Part shown: in pieces, positions 48,618 to 58,377 of the stretch
Layout of the letters: every line of letters begins with the position of its first letter
Position numbering within the stretch: the stretch's first letter is position 1
Assembly (NCBI GenBank): GCA_964515545.1
Contig: CAZERI010000003.1
Coordinates: 21,224 to 85,223 of the forward strand
Source of the DNA: an uncultured Gammaproteobacteria bacterium
GTDB taxonomy: Bacteria > Patescibacteriota > Microgenomatia > Levybacterales > UBA12049
DNA: 64,000 nt
Reading direction: 5' to 3'
Notes under the pieces: model-generated
What the model was told of the DNA's origin: nothing
Database searches by the model: none
What the model saw: the letters and a program-made list of their open reading frames with translations, nothing else
Position numbers and translations under genes: made by a program

Positions 48618-49583
48618 ATGTTGGTAGATAAGGTTGTTATAACAGTGAAAGCAGGTAATGGCGGTAATGGAGCCGTCTCTTTCAGAACGAGAGAAGGTAA
48701 TCCGAAGGGAGGGCCAGATGGCGGTAATGGCGGTAATGGGGGGAATGTTTATTTGCAAGGGATAGATGATCTGACAGCACTCTCCCCTTTCCAGCATAAA
48801 AAACTATGGAAAGCAGAGGACGGAGTAAGCGGAAAGAGAAATAATCTCTTTGGTAAGAATGCAGATGACTTAATTATTCGTTTACCTATTGGGACAATAG
48901 TTAGTGATTCAGAAGAAAAACTGTTGTTTGAAATTCTTGATACATCACCCCGCCTTATAGCAAAAGGAGGGACGGGAGGCAGGGGAAATAATGAATTTAA
49001 ATCATCAACGAATCAAACACCTCGTTATGCTGAAAAGGGTGAAATAGGTGAAGAGAAGACTCTCCATCTTGAACTCAAATTAATCGCTCAGATAGGACTT
49101 ATTGGATTACCAAATGTTGGAAAAAGTACGTTACTTTCTCTTTTGACAAATGCACATCCAAAGATTGGAGATTATCCTTTTACTACATTAGAACCAAATA
49201 TAGGAATGATGGAGGGTATTATGCTTGCTGATATTCCTGGACTTATTGAAGGCGCAAGTAAAGGGAGAGGGCTAGGTACAACATTCCTTAAGCATATTGA
49301 AAAGACAGAACTTTTGGTCCATTGTATTGACGCGTCATCAGCTAGTCCAGTACAAGATTATGAAATAATTCGTCAGGAGTTTAGCAATTATAATGAGGTC
49401 TTACTAGAGAAGAAGGAGATTATTCTCTTAACAAAGGCTGATTTAGTTGATGAGGGGAAATTGAAAGATATCATAAAAGAACTTCAGCCGAAAACAGACC
49501 GCATATATACGATAACAGTATACGATGATGCATCAGTTTCAGAGTTTAAGAAGGAACTCCTTAAGCTATACAATAAGTCCTAA
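48618..49583 (+). CDS. obgE: GTPase Obg
   Basis: Gly-rich Obg fold (GNGGNGAVSFRTREG; GGPDGGNGGNGGNVY), then the G domain GLPNVGKST. Confidence 0.85.
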   Translation: MLVDKVVITVKAGNGGNGAVSFRTREGNPKGGPDGGNGGNGGNVYLQGIDDLTALSPFQHKKLWKAEDGVSGKRNNLFGKNADDLIIRLPIGTIVSDSEEKLLFEILDTSPRLIAKGGTGGRGNNEFKSSTNQTPRYAEKGEIGEEKTLHLELKLIAQIGLIGLPNVGKSTLLSLLTNAHPKIGDYPFTTLEPNIGMMEGIMLADIPGLIEGASKGRGLGTTFLKHIEKTELLVHCIDASSASPVQDYEIIRQEFSNYNEVLLEKKEIILLTKADLVDEGKLKDIIKELQPKTDRIYTITVYDDASVSEFKKELLKLYNKS

Positions 49584-49658
49584 AACTAGTCTCCCCATAG
49601 CCTTAGCACTTAGTCTAAAAGACTGTCAAAGCTGTGTATAGTTTGTTATACTTAAAGG

Positions 49659-51428
49659 ATGCAAAATATTGTTAAGATTATCCGTCTTTCCCGACCTCTC
49701 TATCATCTAGTAGCAATTTTAGCTGTTCTCATTCTATTGTCAGCCACGTTAGGGCTTATTGCTCCTATATTTTCAAAATTTATTGTTGATGAAATAGTCA
49801 GTAAGGTTCAGGGTAATGGTGGCGATCTTACTAGATTGATTATTTTGGTTATTGTTGCATTTGTAAGTAATGTCCTAGGGCTTGTTAGTTCAACATTAAG
49901 TGATAGAATAGGGGACCACTTTGCAGGTAGAATCCGTAAATTCCTCACTGAAAGGTTCTATGATAAAGTCCTCACACTTCCTCAGTCATACTTTGACTCG
50001 GAAATGTCTGGGAAGATAGTAAATCAGTTAAGCCGTGGAATTGTAACTATTCAAGGATTTCTTAATTCAACCACAAATTTCATTCTGCCGACATTTCTTC
50101 AGAGTATTTTTACGGTAGTAGTTTTGGCTTACTATAATGTACCAATTGCTTTTCTTACTTTTATTCTATTTCCAATCTATCTAACTCTTAGTTATTATTC
50201 AACAGTTAGATGGGGTAAAGAAGAAGTAAAGAAAAATGCTATCGAGGATAAATTACGTGGAAGAATTCAAGAAGTAATTTCTAACATAACACTTGTTAAA
50301 AGTTTTACTAATGAAAAAGAGGAATATGAATTTGTATCACATGGACTTGAAAGCTCAAATAAAATCTATGCCCGCCAAAGTACTACCTTTCATAAATTCG
50401 ATTTTTTTAGAGGACTGTCTTTAAATATTATTTTATTTGGAATTAATATTTTAGTTTTTTACAATACCTTCCAAAGACATTTAACAATCGGTGAAATGGT
50501 ACTTATTCTCCAGCTGGTTAATCAAGCTAGAATTCCGCTTTTCGCTATGTCTTATATCCTGACTCAAATTCAGACAGCTGAAGCAGGATCAAAAGAATTC
50601 TTTGAAATACTAAGCCTCCCATCCAGCGAAGAATATAATGACGAAAGAAAAGGAGAAGTATTTAGAGAACCGACTCTTGAATTTAAGAATATCTCATTCT
50701 CTTATAACTCAGAGAATCCTGTTCTAAAAAATGTTTCATTTTCGCTGCAAAAAAATCAGGCTGCTGCATTAGTAGGTCACAGTGGGGCAGGCAAATCGAC
50801 AATTGTAAATCTTATTTTAAGATTTTATCAGCCAACAGAAGGAGAAATTATTATTAATGGTAAAAGCTATTCAGTGATTGACCCAAGAACAATCAGACAA
50901 AACATTTCTTTGGTCTTCCAAGAAAATGAGCTTTTTTCTTCTACTATTAGGGAAAACGTTGCATATGGAAAGAAAGATGCTACAGAAAAAGAAATAATCA
51001 ATGCGCTTAAATTAGCAAATGCCTACAGCTTTGTAAGTAAATTACCTAAGGGATTAGATAGTGAAGTTGGAGAAAGGGGGGTAAGACTTTCCGGAGGTCA
51101 GAAACAGCGTATTCAGATTGCCCGCGCTATTTTAAAAAATGCTCCTATTCTCATTCTGGATGAGGCAACCTCATCCCTTGACGCAAAATCTGAAAGAGAG
51201 GTCCAGGAAGCCCTGGAAAAATTAATGAAGGATAAACTAGTTATTATTATTGCCCATAGATTTTCTACGATTCAAAATGTTGATAAGATAATTGTTATTG
51301 ATTCAGGAACGATTATTGATAATGGTAGTCCGAAGGAATTGGCTAATAAAAAAGGTATTTATCAGGATCTCCTCCATTATCAAGTTGAAGGTAACAAGAA
51401 GTTACTTGAGAAATATGATATATATTAA
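49659..51428 (+). CDS. ABC transporter, fused permease/ATP-binding exporter (MsbA-like)
   Basis: 6-TM N-terminal domain. Walker A GHSGAGKST, signature LSGGQKQR, Walker B ILILDEATS. Confidence 0.85.
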   Translation: MQNIVKIIRLSRPLYHLVAILAVLILLSATLGLIAPIFSKFIVDEIVSKVQGNGGDLTRLIILVIVAFVSNVLGLVSSTLSDRIGDHFAGRIRKFLTERFYDKVLTLPQSYFDSEMSGKIVNQLSRGIVTIQGFLNSTTNFILPTFLQSIFTVVVLAYYNVPIAFLTFILFPIYLTLSYYSTVRWGKEEVKKNAIEDKLRGRIQEVISNITLVKSFTNEKEEYEFVSHGLESSNKIYARQSTTFHKFDFFRGLSLNIILFGINILVFYNTFQRHLTIGEMVLILQLVNQARIPLFAMSYILTQIQTAEAGSKEFFEILSLPSSEEYNDERKGEVFREPTLEFKNISFSYNSENPVLKNVSFSLQKNQAAALVGHSGAGKSTIVNLILRFYQPTEGEIIINGKSYSVIDPRTIRQNISLVFQENELFSSTIRENVAYGKKDATEKEIINALKLANAYSFVSKLPKGLDSEVGERGVRLSGGQKQRIQIARAILKNAPILILDEATSSLDAKSEREVQEALEKLMKDKLVIIIAHRFSTIQNVDKIIVIDSGTIIDNGSPKELANKKGIYQDLLHYQVEGNKKLLEKYDIY

Positions 51429-51472
51429 TATCTTGACTCGACGAGCTTTTTATTAGTACTATTAGTGTCTAC

Positions 51473-52033
51473 ATGCCAGATTCTCAGATATCTACAAATA
51501 AAGAAGTATGTCCTAAATGTGGTTCCCCTCTCAGTGAAATTGTGACGACTGCAACAGGACGTAAACTACAGCGATGCTCTACTTCTTCTTGGGACCCTAC
51601 GACTCATTCAAATACAGGCTGTGATTATGTAAAGTGGCTAGAAGTAGAGCCAGAACAGCTTGAAGAAAAATGTCCAAAGTGTGGTTCTCCTCTTGTCTTA
51701 GCGGTTACCCGTTTTGGGAAAAAGATGAAGAAATGCTCTACCTCTTCTTGGGATAAAGAAGCGAAGAAAGCAATAGGCTGTGATTATGTTGAATGGATCA
51801 ACGGTACTACAGAGCAGCTTGATGAGGACTGCCCAGAATGTGGAGCAAAGCTGGTCTTGTATACAACAGCCAATGGGAAAAAGATGAAGAAATGCTCTAC
51901 CTCAGGTTGGGATAGGGCCTCTAAGAAACCAACTGGGTGTACTTATGTATATTGGCTTAAACCTTCAGAATATGCATCCGTAGCATCTCAGGATACTGGT
52001 GAAGAATTCCTCCCACCTGAGCCGGAGGAATAA
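51473..52033 (+). CDS. protein composed of three tandem C4 zinc-ribbon repeats
   Basis: Three ~53-aa repeats, each CP(K/E)CG-x16-C-STS(S/G)WD-x7-GC-(D/T)YV-W, beginning at nt 51509, 51671 and 51830. Confidence 0.6.
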   Translation: MPDSQISTNKEVCPKCGSPLSEIVTTATGRKLQRCSTSSWDPTTHSNTGCDYVKWLEVEPEQLEEKCPKCGSPLVLAVTRFGKKMKKCSTSSWDKEAKKAIGCDYVEWINGTTEQLDEDCPECGAKLVLYTTANGKKMKKCSTSGWDRASKKPTGCTYVYWLKPSEYASVASQDTGEEFLPPEPEE

Positions 52034-52320
52034 TGGCTAAGTATAAAGAAGTAGTCAGCGACATGCTGGAATATAATAAAGAAGATTTCCTCTCATTTAG
52101 AAAGCTCCATGATCTTTATGCAGATAATCCTAAAGAGTATCAGGCTGCATTTAATGAGGAAGGGGAGAAAGTTCTCCGGATTATCAGACGCTATGAAAAT
52201 ATCCTTTGTGGAAAATCTGAAAGCGGAAAGTATGGTAAATTTTCAACATCTCTCTCTGACAAATTCTGGAACGAGATTAGAATTCATTTCCCCAAAATTG
52301 ACGCTATAGGTACCTTGTAA
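52033..52320 (+). CDS. hypothetical protein, translationally coupled (TAATG) to the zinc-ribbon protein
   Basis: Start overlaps the upstream stop. No motif. Confidence 0.45.
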   Translation: MAKYKEVVSDMLEYNKEDFLSFRKLHDLYADNPKEYQAAFNEEGEKVLRIIRRYENILCGKSESGKYGKFSTSLSDKFWNEIRIHFPKIDAIGTL

Positions 52321-52363
52321 CTGTTATTCTCCTTACGAATATTGCATAATAAGAAGTGATTAT

Positions 52364-53212
52364 ATGCAAGTCAAACCTTCTCAAAAGACGCAGAACATTA
52401 GCTATTTTAAAAAAAGAAAATTAGTTATAATTTTAATCATTCTCATAGTTAGCCTGTTTTTTCTCAGTAGCAGTTACTTTTTATCTGATCAGAGTATTTT
52501 GAAAAAGCGAAGCAATCCCCTTGTTACTAATACACAGCATGATTTACCACAAGGAGTTGCAATTGGGCAGGATGAGCAAGGAGGTCAGGATAAGAATAAT
52601 GTCTATTTTGGACCGATTCAGCTAAAAAATTCAGGTTATATAACAAATAGTCTTGATTCTTTTGTGAAAGAAAATAACTCTACAGGGTCATCTAATGAAT
52701 CAGACTCTACGATGCCTGGAGGGGGAGAACATCTGAATATATCTTTTGAAGATTTCCTCCATCATCCGATTGACTCAATATCTGAATTGAGTACATCTTT
52801 TATTAACGATTATGTTAATAATGGGAGAAAAACGACATTGATTAAACTTGTAGATGCCATCTCTCGTTATTATGTAACCTATAATAGATTTCCCATAACC
52901 CAATCAGATCAACCTTCATATGATTGGGTTGATGAGATGGTAAATAAGAATGAGATGTCAGGGGTCTATAGCTATGTCTTACAAAAAACTTCTCCAGTTA
53001 GTGATTGTGGAGATGTTGAGCAAACAGGTTATTGTTATGATGCAAATGATGATAAGGCGATTATATTCGTTCAGCTTAACCAAACCGCTCCTTCATCATG
53101 TGGTGACAGCCAGCTCTTTTTCCTTTGGTCGTCTGAAGATAACAAACTAGGTGAGGTATGTTTAGAAAGTCCTCCTTCTTCCTTTTCTGGATTTACGTAT
53201 ATTGATCAATAG
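52364..53212 (+). CDS. hypothetical secreted/anchored protein with Cys-containing C-terminal domain
   Basis: N-terminal TM/signal. Six Cys in the C-terminal half. Confidence 0.45.
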   Translation: MQVKPSQKTQNISYFKKRKLVIILIILIVSLFFLSSSYFLSDQSILKKRSNPLVTNTQHDLPQGVAIGQDEQGGQDKNNVYFGPIQLKNSGYITNSLDSFVKENNSTGSSNESDSTMPGGGEHLNISFEDFLHHPIDSISELSTSFINDYVNNGRKTTLIKLVDAISRYYVTYNRFPITQSDQPSYDWVDEMVNKNEMSGVYSYVLQKTSPVSDCGDVEQTGYCYDANDDKAIIFVQLNQTAPSSCGDSQLFFLWSSEDNKLGEVCLESPPSSFSGFTYIDQ

Positions 53213-53654
53213 AAATTAGTTTCGGATAATAAGAGATTGTTTGAAGTGTTTTTTTGAGAAATTCTGACAGAGGAGAGTGCGTTATCTGGTAAGGATTTAC
53301 CCACTGGTAGTCACTATGTTCAGCACTAAGTATAAGAGATTCAGAATTACTTGTAAAACAAAGGAAAGCAATTCTGACTACCTGTACAGATGGATTTTTC
53401 TTTGAAAATCCCGATATTACTGAAATTGGATGCAGTACTTCCGTATCGAGATTTGTCTCCTCTTTAATTTCTCTCAATGCTCCCTGAGAGGGTTGCTCGC
53501 CATATTCTAAAGCTCCTCCTGGCATTTCCCATAGTCCAGGGTGTGAGTCATGAAGAGAGCGCTTTACAATAAGAATCTCCTGTGAAGCGTTAAAAATAAG
53601 ACCGTATACAGCTACTCGTTGATAGTTATTAAGCATATTATTTTTCAAAGACAT
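53193..53654 (-). CDS. NUDIX hydrolase
   Basis: Nudix box GGALEYGEQPSQGALREIKEETNL. Confidence 0.75.
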   Translation of the reverse strand: MSLKNNMLNNYQRVAVYGLIFNASQEILIVKRSLHDSHPGLWEMPGGALEYGEQPSQGALREIKEETNLDTEVLHPISVISGFSKKNPSVQVVRIAFLCFTSNSESLILSAEHSDYQWVNPYQITHSPLSEFLKKTLQTISYYPKLISIDQYT

Positions 53655-54132
53655 TGCGTATTAATACATCCTTAACTTGTAAGCTCTCCGTTTGATCATC
53701 AGCTTTTGATATTATATCAATAATAAGTTTTTCACCAGTGAGAATCCTTTCCAGCCAATCTTTTGTATCTTCAAACATATCCTGATAAGGGATTGCAGTA
53801 AAGTCGAACCAGCGTGGTCTAACACCGGGAGTCATACGAGCCTGTCCTTGAAAGTTTTCACAGAGAAAAATTGTAATAGTTAATGTTTCTTCTCGAACTT
53901 CCTCAGGATTGACAGTAGAGAGATGCATGACACCGACCTGTTCAAGGTCATGTGTATATACGCGAAGCTTTACTTCTTCGTACAGCTCACGGACAGCTGC
54001 TTCTTCAGGTTTCTCTTTGTCTTCAACAAATCCACTAATACCATTCCAGGTAGTTCTACCAGGTCTATAGTTACTTTCTGCTAGTAAAATCTGGTCATTG
54101 TGGATAACAAAAGTAAGAACTGCTTTTTTCAT
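53638..54132 (-). CDS. NUDIX hydrolase
   Basis: Nudix box GFVEDKEKPEEAAVRELYEEVKL. Confidence 0.7.
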   Translation of the reverse strand: MKKAVLTFVIHNDQILLAESNYRPGRTTWNGISGFVEDKEKPEEAAVRELYEEVKLRVYTHDLEQVGVMHLSTVNPEEVREETLTITIFLCENFQGQARMTPGVRPRWFDFTAIPYQDMFEDTKDWLERILTGEKLIIDIISKADDQTESLQVKDVLIRNVFEK

Positions 54133-54168
54133 GTTTGTATTATAGCTTGAGCTTTATAAAAGTGGAAA

Positions 54169-55308
54169 TTAGAGCTGGACAGGAGAATTAGTGATGAAAA
54201 ACTGTCCGATAGACTCTCTCAGTAGTTTGATCCCATTCTTATTTTTCACTGAAATAAAAAGAGGATGATAGTCTGAAAAATCTTTTTTTAGGTTCTGTAG
54301 CTGTTCATTAGTAAGCATATCTATTTTATTAAAGACCAGAATCTTTGGTTTATCCATGATGTTTAGCTCGTGTAAAACGTGAGAAACAGTCTGCAGCTTT
54401 CTAGCAAGATCTGGGTCTGTTGCATCTATTACTTGGATCAAAAGGTCAGCGTAGACTGATTCCATCAACGTTGATCGGAAGGCGTCAATAAGCGTGGCAG
54501 GAAGGTTATGAATAAATCCAATAGTATCTGAAATAATAAATTCTTGAGATGAATTAGGGAGAATGAATTTGCCGACATGACTGTCAAGAGTGGCAAAAAG
54601 AGCGTTTTTAACAAACTGACTTTTATTAGTTAAAATATTAAAAAGTGACGTTTTACCAGCATTCGTATATCCGACTATTGAAATAGTGTTAATCCCTACT
54701 CTTCGTCTTCTCTCCATCTGATGTTCTCTTGTGTATGCTTGTTTTTTTAATTTTTCCTCAACTTTTTTAATCTGGCTGCGCCAGTGCCGTTTCATAAGCT
54801 CAGTATTGGTTTCTCCAATTCCTCTAGTTCCGATACTCCCTCCCTGCCGTGAAAGTACGTATCCTAAGCCATATATCCGTGGTCCCATATGTCTCATTGC
54901 AGCAAGTTCTATCTGAAGCCTAGCTTCCGTTGTATTTGCATGACGGGAAAAAATATGGAGGATAAGATCCACTCTATCCCAGACTTCTATTTTAGGATTT
55001 GCTCTTTCAAGTGTTTTTTTTATATCAAAGATATGGCCTGGTTTAACGATTGCATTGAGGACAACTATATTAATAGATTGCTCTTTAACTAATGCAGCAA
55101 TCTCTTCTATTTTTCCGCTGCCTAAATACAGACCTTTATCATGCACCTCTCTATGCTGGATGACATATTCAACTACCTTTCCTTCATAGGAATCTACCAA
55201 ATCTCTTAATTCTTTTATATCGTAGAATGCTTCCTGTTCAGAAAGTGTGCGGGGAATAATACTTGCGATAAGAAAACGATTTAAAGAAGAATCTTTAGTC
55301 TCAATCAT
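54169..55308 (-). CDS. hflX: GTPase HflX
   Basis: HflX N-terminal domain and G domain (VGYTNAGKTSLFN; DTIGF; NKID). Confidence 0.8.
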   Translation of the reverse strand: MIETKDSSLNRFLIASIIPRTLSEQEAFYDIKELRDLVDSYEGKVVEYVIQHREVHDKGLYLGSGKIEEIAALVKEQSINIVVLNAIVKPGHIFDIKKTLERANPKIEVWDRVDLILHIFSRHANTTEARLQIELAAMRHMGPRIYGLGYVLSRQGGSIGTRGIGETNTELMKRHWRSQIKKVEEKLKKQAYTREHQMERRRRVGINTISIVGYTNAGKTSLFNILTNKSQFVKNALFATLDSHVGKFILPNSSQEFIISDTIGFIHNLPATLIDAFRSTLMESVYADLLIQVIDATDPDLARKLQTVSHVLHELNIMDKPKILVFNKIDMLTNEQLQNLKKDFSDYHPLFISVKNKNGIKLLRESIGQFFITNSPVQL

Positions 55309-55400
55309 GAAGAATTGAACTCATTATATACTATTTGTCTTAGCAGATTGCAAGGTTACTTGCGGGATAATTTTTAATATGACAAAATAGAATACTTCAC

Positions 55401-56027
55401 ATGAGGGCAGGGATTTTAGGATTTGTTATTATTTTTACGAGCATTTGTATTGCTCTTTTTATTATTGCTGGAGAAAGTCCTGTAAGACCTCCTGCTTTTG
55501 ATAGGAAGAGTACCCTCCCAGCCCAGGTAAAGTCATATACGAACTCATCCAACCGTTTTAGTTTTTCGTACTCGAAAGATCTTCAGATTTCTGAAAGCAG
55601 CGATAAAAAAATAGTTAGTATTTCTCATAACGATAGAAGCCTATTCGTACTCCAGGTTGTTGCATCAGGCTCTGCAGTTGGGAGAAAAACTCCTTTACAA
55701 TATATACTCGATATTTGTAAAGGGAGTACTATAACTACAAAGTGTAGTGTGGATAGCCAATCGGTGATAACTAGTAGTAGTGGTACTACCGGAAGTAGTT
55801 ACTATCTGAGAAAAACACAGATGGTTCTAAAAAATACTGTAGGACCATTTGTCTTTTTTCCATTACCTTCTGATTTTCCCTACCAATCTGGTTTTATTAT
55901 TCTTTATCCTAAAGAGCTTACGTTAGCAGCTGAAGATAGAGAAAATTTTATGACGATAATTAATACTTTTACGCTTTTTCAAGCACAACCTTTGACTCCT
56001 TCGATTGGGTCATCATCTGCTAAGTAG
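55401..56027 (+). CDS. hypothetical membrane-anchored/secreted protein
   Basis: N-terminal TM. Ser/Thr-rich. No motif. Confidence 0.4.
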   Translation: MRAGILGFVIIFTSICIALFIIAGESPVRPPAFDRKSTLPAQVKSYTNSSNRFSFSYSKDLQISESSDKKIVSISHNDRSLFVLQVVASGSAVGRKTPLQYILDICKGSTITTKCSVDSQSVITSSSGTTGSSYYLRKTQMVLKNTVGPFVFFPLPSDFPYQSGFIILYPKELTLAAEDRENFMTIINTFTLFQAQPLTPSIGSSSAK

Positions 56028-56687
56028 TTTATTAGAGAGAGTGAGGATAATGATCAGCCCTAAGTCAAGCACCAGAGGAAAGAGGAGGTAGATTGTCCCT
56101 TGATAGAAAGCACGAAGCGTTTCATCATTGAAAATCCTTTGAAGTTCGCCTATCGTAACTCTGACTCCTAAAAAATAGAGAACAAACGTCATAATCATAA
56201 CAAAGCCTACCACGACGATTGCACCTTCCAGATCCTTCTTGCTTGAAAACATGCTGTTGCCTATTTCAAAAAGAATATAAAGAATAATAAGTACCATATA
56301 GTTTATACTCCATAATGATTCTCTTTCAGCAATAAAAAGCGTCATTATAATGATAGTTGTCCCGGCCAGAAAAGGAGCAATCCCAATTAATAATCTTCTC
56401 AAGGGGTCACATCTTCCAATAGATACACTTCCTAATTTCACACTTTCTCCTTCTTGTTTAGGTAATAATTCCATTTTTCCTACTGGAACGAGTAGTAGAT
56501 GTGCCATGAGAAAATGAGCTAACTCATGGATAAAGGTCCCCGGTAAGAAAATAAATGCCAAAATCGAGACAGTCCATTTCATACTCTTTGTTATTTGAAA
56601 AATAAAAAAGGATAGTTTTCGTTGGAGTGTTCGTGAAAAGAGGAAAAGCACAAAAAGCTCTAAAAAGAAGAGGGCAAGAATTTCCAT
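56013..56687 (-). CDS. polytopic membrane protein with HExxH motif (putative zinc metallopeptidase, DUF3267-like)
   Basis: FIHELAHFLMAH inside a predicted helix. About six TM segments. Confidence 0.45.
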   Translation of the reverse strand: MEILALFFLELFVLFLFSRTLQRKLSFFIFQITKSMKWTVSILAFIFLPGTFIHELAHFLMAHLLLVPVGKMELLPKQEGESVKLGSVSIGRCDPLRRLLIGIAPFLAGTTIIIMTLFIAERESLWSINYMVLIILYILFEIGNSMFSSKKDLEGAIVVVGFVMIMTFVLYFLGVRVTIGELQRIFNDETLRAFYQGTIYLLFPLVLDLGLIIILTLSNKLLSR

Positions 56688-56860
56688 TACAAATTCACGT
56701 CTGGTTTTTGTGAACCCGTAGGTTCGGTAGTGCTAGGAGTGGGTACTGTTATTGTGGATTCTTTTGTAACCACATGAGGCTTTTGTGGAAGATTAATTAT
56801 GACAACTCCGATGGTATAAATAACAACTACTACTAAACAAAATATGATAATCCGTTTCAT
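56687..56860 (-). CDS. small membrane/secreted protein (57 aa), not in ORF track; its stop overlaps (TAATG) the start of the HExxH protein
   Basis: MKRIIIFCLVVVVIYTIGVVIINLPQKPHVVTKESTITVPTPSTTEPTGSQKPDVNL, translated by hand from the minus strand. Confidence 0.4.
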   Translation of the reverse strand: MKRIIIFCLVVVVIYTIGVVIINLPQKPHVVTKESTITVPTPSTTEPTGSQKPDVNL

Positions 56861-56922
56861 CAATGCCTATTGTACAGCAATTACGAAAAAAAGTGTAGAA
56901 GTGAGTATGGTATCATACATGC

Positions 56923-57768
56923 ATGGATGTTATGACAACCGAAGGTTGGAAAGATTATGAGTTATTGGATAGCGGAGATGGATATCGCTTCGAACGCTTT
57001 GGCGATTACAAAATAGTTAAGCCTGATCCGCAAGCTATATGGAAAAGGTCTTTAACTAAGGATATTTGGGATAGTGCTGATGCAATATTTGACAAGGACA
57101 GTTGGATTAAAAAAGAGGTCCCTGAGAAGTGGCTGATAAAATATCATGATCTTTCCTTTTATGCAAAATTGACTCCTTTTAAGCATACCGGAATTTTTCC
57201 TGAGCAGCATTTACACTGGGATTATATAAGAAACTCAGTAGCAGAAAGTAGGACTACTCCACAGATTCTCAACTTATTTGCTTATACAGGAGTTGCAAGT
57301 CTGGCAGCAGCAGCAGCAGGTGCTTCTGTTACCCATGTGGATGCCTCCCGCCCAGCGATTACTTGGGCGCATGAAAATCAGGAAGCATCTCTTCTTTCTG
57401 AGAAGCCTATCAGATGGATTTTAGATGATGTCACACGATTCGTTGAAAAAGAGGTAAGGCGCGGTAAGAAATATGATGGCATCATCATGGATCCGCCCAT
57501 CTATGGACATGGACCTACAGGAGAAGTCTGGGATTTCCCTAAAAGTTTCCCTACGCTCATTGAGTTATGCTCGCATCTTTTATCTGATCACCCGCTATTT
57601 ATGATCGTAAATGCGTACGCTATCTCAGCATCAAGTATTATGTTAGAAAATGTTCTTCGCGATTATCTAAAAAAAGGAACTATTGAGATAGGGGAGTTAG
57701 CGTTGAAAGAAAAATCAGCCAGTCGGTTATTATCTACAGGAATCTTTGCTCGGTGGTCATTGTACTAA
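56923..57768 (+). CDS. class I SAM-dependent methyltransferase (RlmI/COG1092-like)
   Basis: LLDSGDGYRFERFG N-terminal motif. NLFAYTGVASLAAA (motif I). IIMDPP (motif IV). Confidence 0.6.
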   Translation: MDVMTTEGWKDYELLDSGDGYRFERFGDYKIVKPDPQAIWKRSLTKDIWDSADAIFDKDSWIKKEVPEKWLIKYHDLSFYAKLTPFKHTGIFPEQHLHWDYIRNSVAESRTTPQILNLFAYTGVASLAAAAAGASVTHVDASRPAITWAHENQEASLLSEKPIRWILDDVTRFVEKEVRRGKKYDGIIMDPPIYGHGPTGEVWDFPKSFPTLIELCSHLLSDHPLFMIVNAYAISASSIMLENVLRDYLKKGTIEIGELALKEKSASRLLSTGIFARWSLY

Positions 57769-58287
57769 ACCTGCTGCAATAAATGCAGCCAGCACGGAAT
57801 TTGTTCTCCATTCGTTCTTTTTAATCTCCTCTTTTAGCTGATTTATTGTTATTACACGAGAAGATATTTTTTCGGTATCTTCTAGTTGTTGCGTGTCTTC
57901 ATTAGTAACATGCTTCGCTCTAAAAAAGTACACTTTATGAAGATCTTTTGTCGGATAATCATAAAATTGTCCTAGATTTTCCCATTCACCGCCACTATAG
58001 CCAGTTTCCTCAAGCAGTTCTTTTTTTGCTCTCTCTAAAGGATCTTCATTATTTTCAATATGTCCTGCTGGAAGAGAGTGAATTTCTTGATTTATTGCGT
58101 ATTTGTATTCATCAATAGTGATAAGACGATTATCTTGGTCCGTGGCAACGACCATGACAAAACTCGGTTTTTCAACTAGAGTATAATCATCAATTATTGC
58201 TCCATTTGGAAGTTCGACACTGTCCTGATAGACTTTGAGAAATTTACTGTTTATAAGAGATTTTCTTGAAAGCTGTTTCCAACTCAT
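57757..58287 (-). CDS. NUDIX hydrolase (ADP-ribose pyrophosphatase-like)
   Basis: Nudix box LPAGHIENNEDPLERAKKELLEETGY. Confidence 0.7.
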   Translation of the reverse strand: MSWKQLSRKSLINSKFLKVYQDSVELPNGAIIDDYTLVEKPSFVMVVATDQDNRLITIDEYKYAINQEIHSLPAGHIENNEDPLERAKKELLEETGYSGGEWENLGQFYDYPTKDLHKVYFFRAKHVTNEDTQQLEDTEKISSRVITINQLKEEIKKNEWRTNSVLAAFIAAGLVQ

Positions 58288-58306
58288 TGGTAAAGTATAG
58301 CAAATG

Positions 58307-58377
58307 TCGGGGATCGGAGAATTGAACTCCGGTCACACGGACCCCATCCGCGCATTCTACCGTTAAACTAATCCCCG
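58307..58377 (-). tRNA. tRNA-Pro (anticodon GGG), 71 nt, CCA not encoded
   Basis: Hand-folded. 7-bp acceptor CGGGGAT/ATCCCCG, U8, D-loop AACGGTA, anticodon stem CGCGG/CCGTG with loop AUGGGGU (U33, G37), T-arm CGGAG-TTCAATT-CTCCG, discriminator A. Confidence 0.75.

Noticed and set aside
52364-53212. A type IV pilin or pseudopilin call for the secreted protein, considered because PilN/O-like genes exist in the window.
   Set aside because: The N-terminus lacks the G/FxxxE prepilin cleavage motif.
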